From Macrostomum lignano (lineage: Eukaryota), in assembly GCA_002269645.1 (NCBI GenBank), contig NIVC01003001.1, forward strand, positions 62,001-126,000: a DNA stretch of 64,000 bases, in the 5' to 3' direction. Below, one piece after another: positions 63,184 through 64,000 of the stretch (its first letter is position 1; every line of letters begins with the position of its first letter). The notes beneath the pieces are model-generated. The model was not told the origin of the DNA. It searched no databases and saw only the letters and a program-made list of their open reading frames with translations. Both the position numbers and the translations under genes were made by a program.

Positions 63184-63800
63184 CCTGAGGGCCAAATGTT
63201 GGCCGCAAAGCCTCTCTATCCGGCCCTTGGGTCCTTTGAATCTTCACAATAGCAATCCGGCCCGCTCGATGTTTGTGTCTCTTCTCAGCTCTCTTCCCTC
63301 ACCTCTCTCCTGTCCTCTCCCCTCCTCTCCTCTCCTCTCCTAGCTCTCTCCTTTCCTCTCCTCTCATTACCTCTCTCCTCTCCTCTCCTCACCTCTCTCC
63401 TCTCATCTCACCTCTCTCCTCTCCTTTCATCTCACCTCTCTCCTCTCCTCTCATCTCACCTCTCTCCTCTCCTCTCATCTCCTCACCTCTCTCCTCTCCT
63501 CTCATCTCCTCACCTCTCTCCTCTCCTCTCATCTCCTCACCTCTCTCCTCTCCTCTCATCTCCTCACCTCTCTCCTCTCCTCTCATCTCCTCACCTCTCT
63601 CCTCTCCTCTCATCTCCCGTTTCCTCTCCATTCTCTTCTCCCTTCCCTCCTCTCTCCTCCTTCTTATTTAGACTCTCCTCTCCTCATTTATCTCTCCTCT
63701 CCTCTCTCATCTCCTATTTTATCTCTCTTTCTCGTCTACTCTCTTCTCCTTTATTCCTTCGCCTCTCCTTTCTCCTGCGCTCGTATATTTCTCTTCTCTA
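63184..63800. mobile_element. Related inverted partial copy of the 57599-58314 element with a CT-rich tract
   Basis: 63195-63275 matches the reverse complement of 58220-58300 (GCAAAGCCTCTC...GGGTCCTTTGAA.CTTCACAATAGCAATCCGGCC); a pyrimidine tract follows. Confidence 0.65.
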
Positions 63801-64000
63801 TTCCCTAATCCTCTCTCCCTATAGCCCGCAGTCATCAGGGACTCCTGGGCGCGCGTTCGCTTAGGGGGCTCAGCGAAGGCGGACCCATGCAGAAGGGCAG
63901 TCATGCACTGTTCTCAATCTGGCCCTTGAGGTAAAAAGTTTGCTGACCTCTAAAAGCACTACTAGGCTTAGGCACATTAGCCAAAAACCGGCCGACACTT

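Noticed and set aside
62400-63930. A divergent plus-strand gene next to UNC119 (candidate exons about 62743-62820 and 63818-63930)
   Set aside because: Splice-like sites exist, but I could not build a consistent frame or recognise a product.

Overview
Eukaryotic (invertebrate animal) genomic DNA; nothing prokaryotic and no CRISPR. GC-rich exons, introns packed with minisatellites and a flatworm-style actin (MAEEE... / ...[10 protein letters not shown]) fit a free-living flatworm such as Macrostomum lignano (inference, not proven). Genes reconstructed by hand from GT-AG sites and codon phase: Serrate/ARS2 (+, 5976-11585, 6 exons); an orphan, signal-peptide-bearing, Arg-rich protein (-, 22031 to about 13945, at least 7 exons); a two-exon GNAT resembling invertebrate arylalkylamine N-acetyltransferases (-); a small unknown gene with a Zasp-like motif (+); gamma-butyrobetaine dioxygenase (+, truncated at the 285-N gap 38858-39142); a Tyr-motif/proline-rich/SH2 adaptor locus (+); actin with two CArG boxes (+); and UNC119 (-, 5 exons). 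Mobile DNA includes a decayed APE-RT-RNaseH LINE containing a solo LTR, two tRNA-derived SINE copies and several MITE/hAT/foldback elements. About 30 tandem arrays are present. The most interesting feature is the adaptor locus, where three divergent SH2-like modules follow one proline-rich body. All three begin at phase-2 acceptors and at least two end in their own stop codons, which suggests swappable C-terminal SH2 domains. Several genes carry single-base deficits in C or G runs that are most likely long-read consensus errors.
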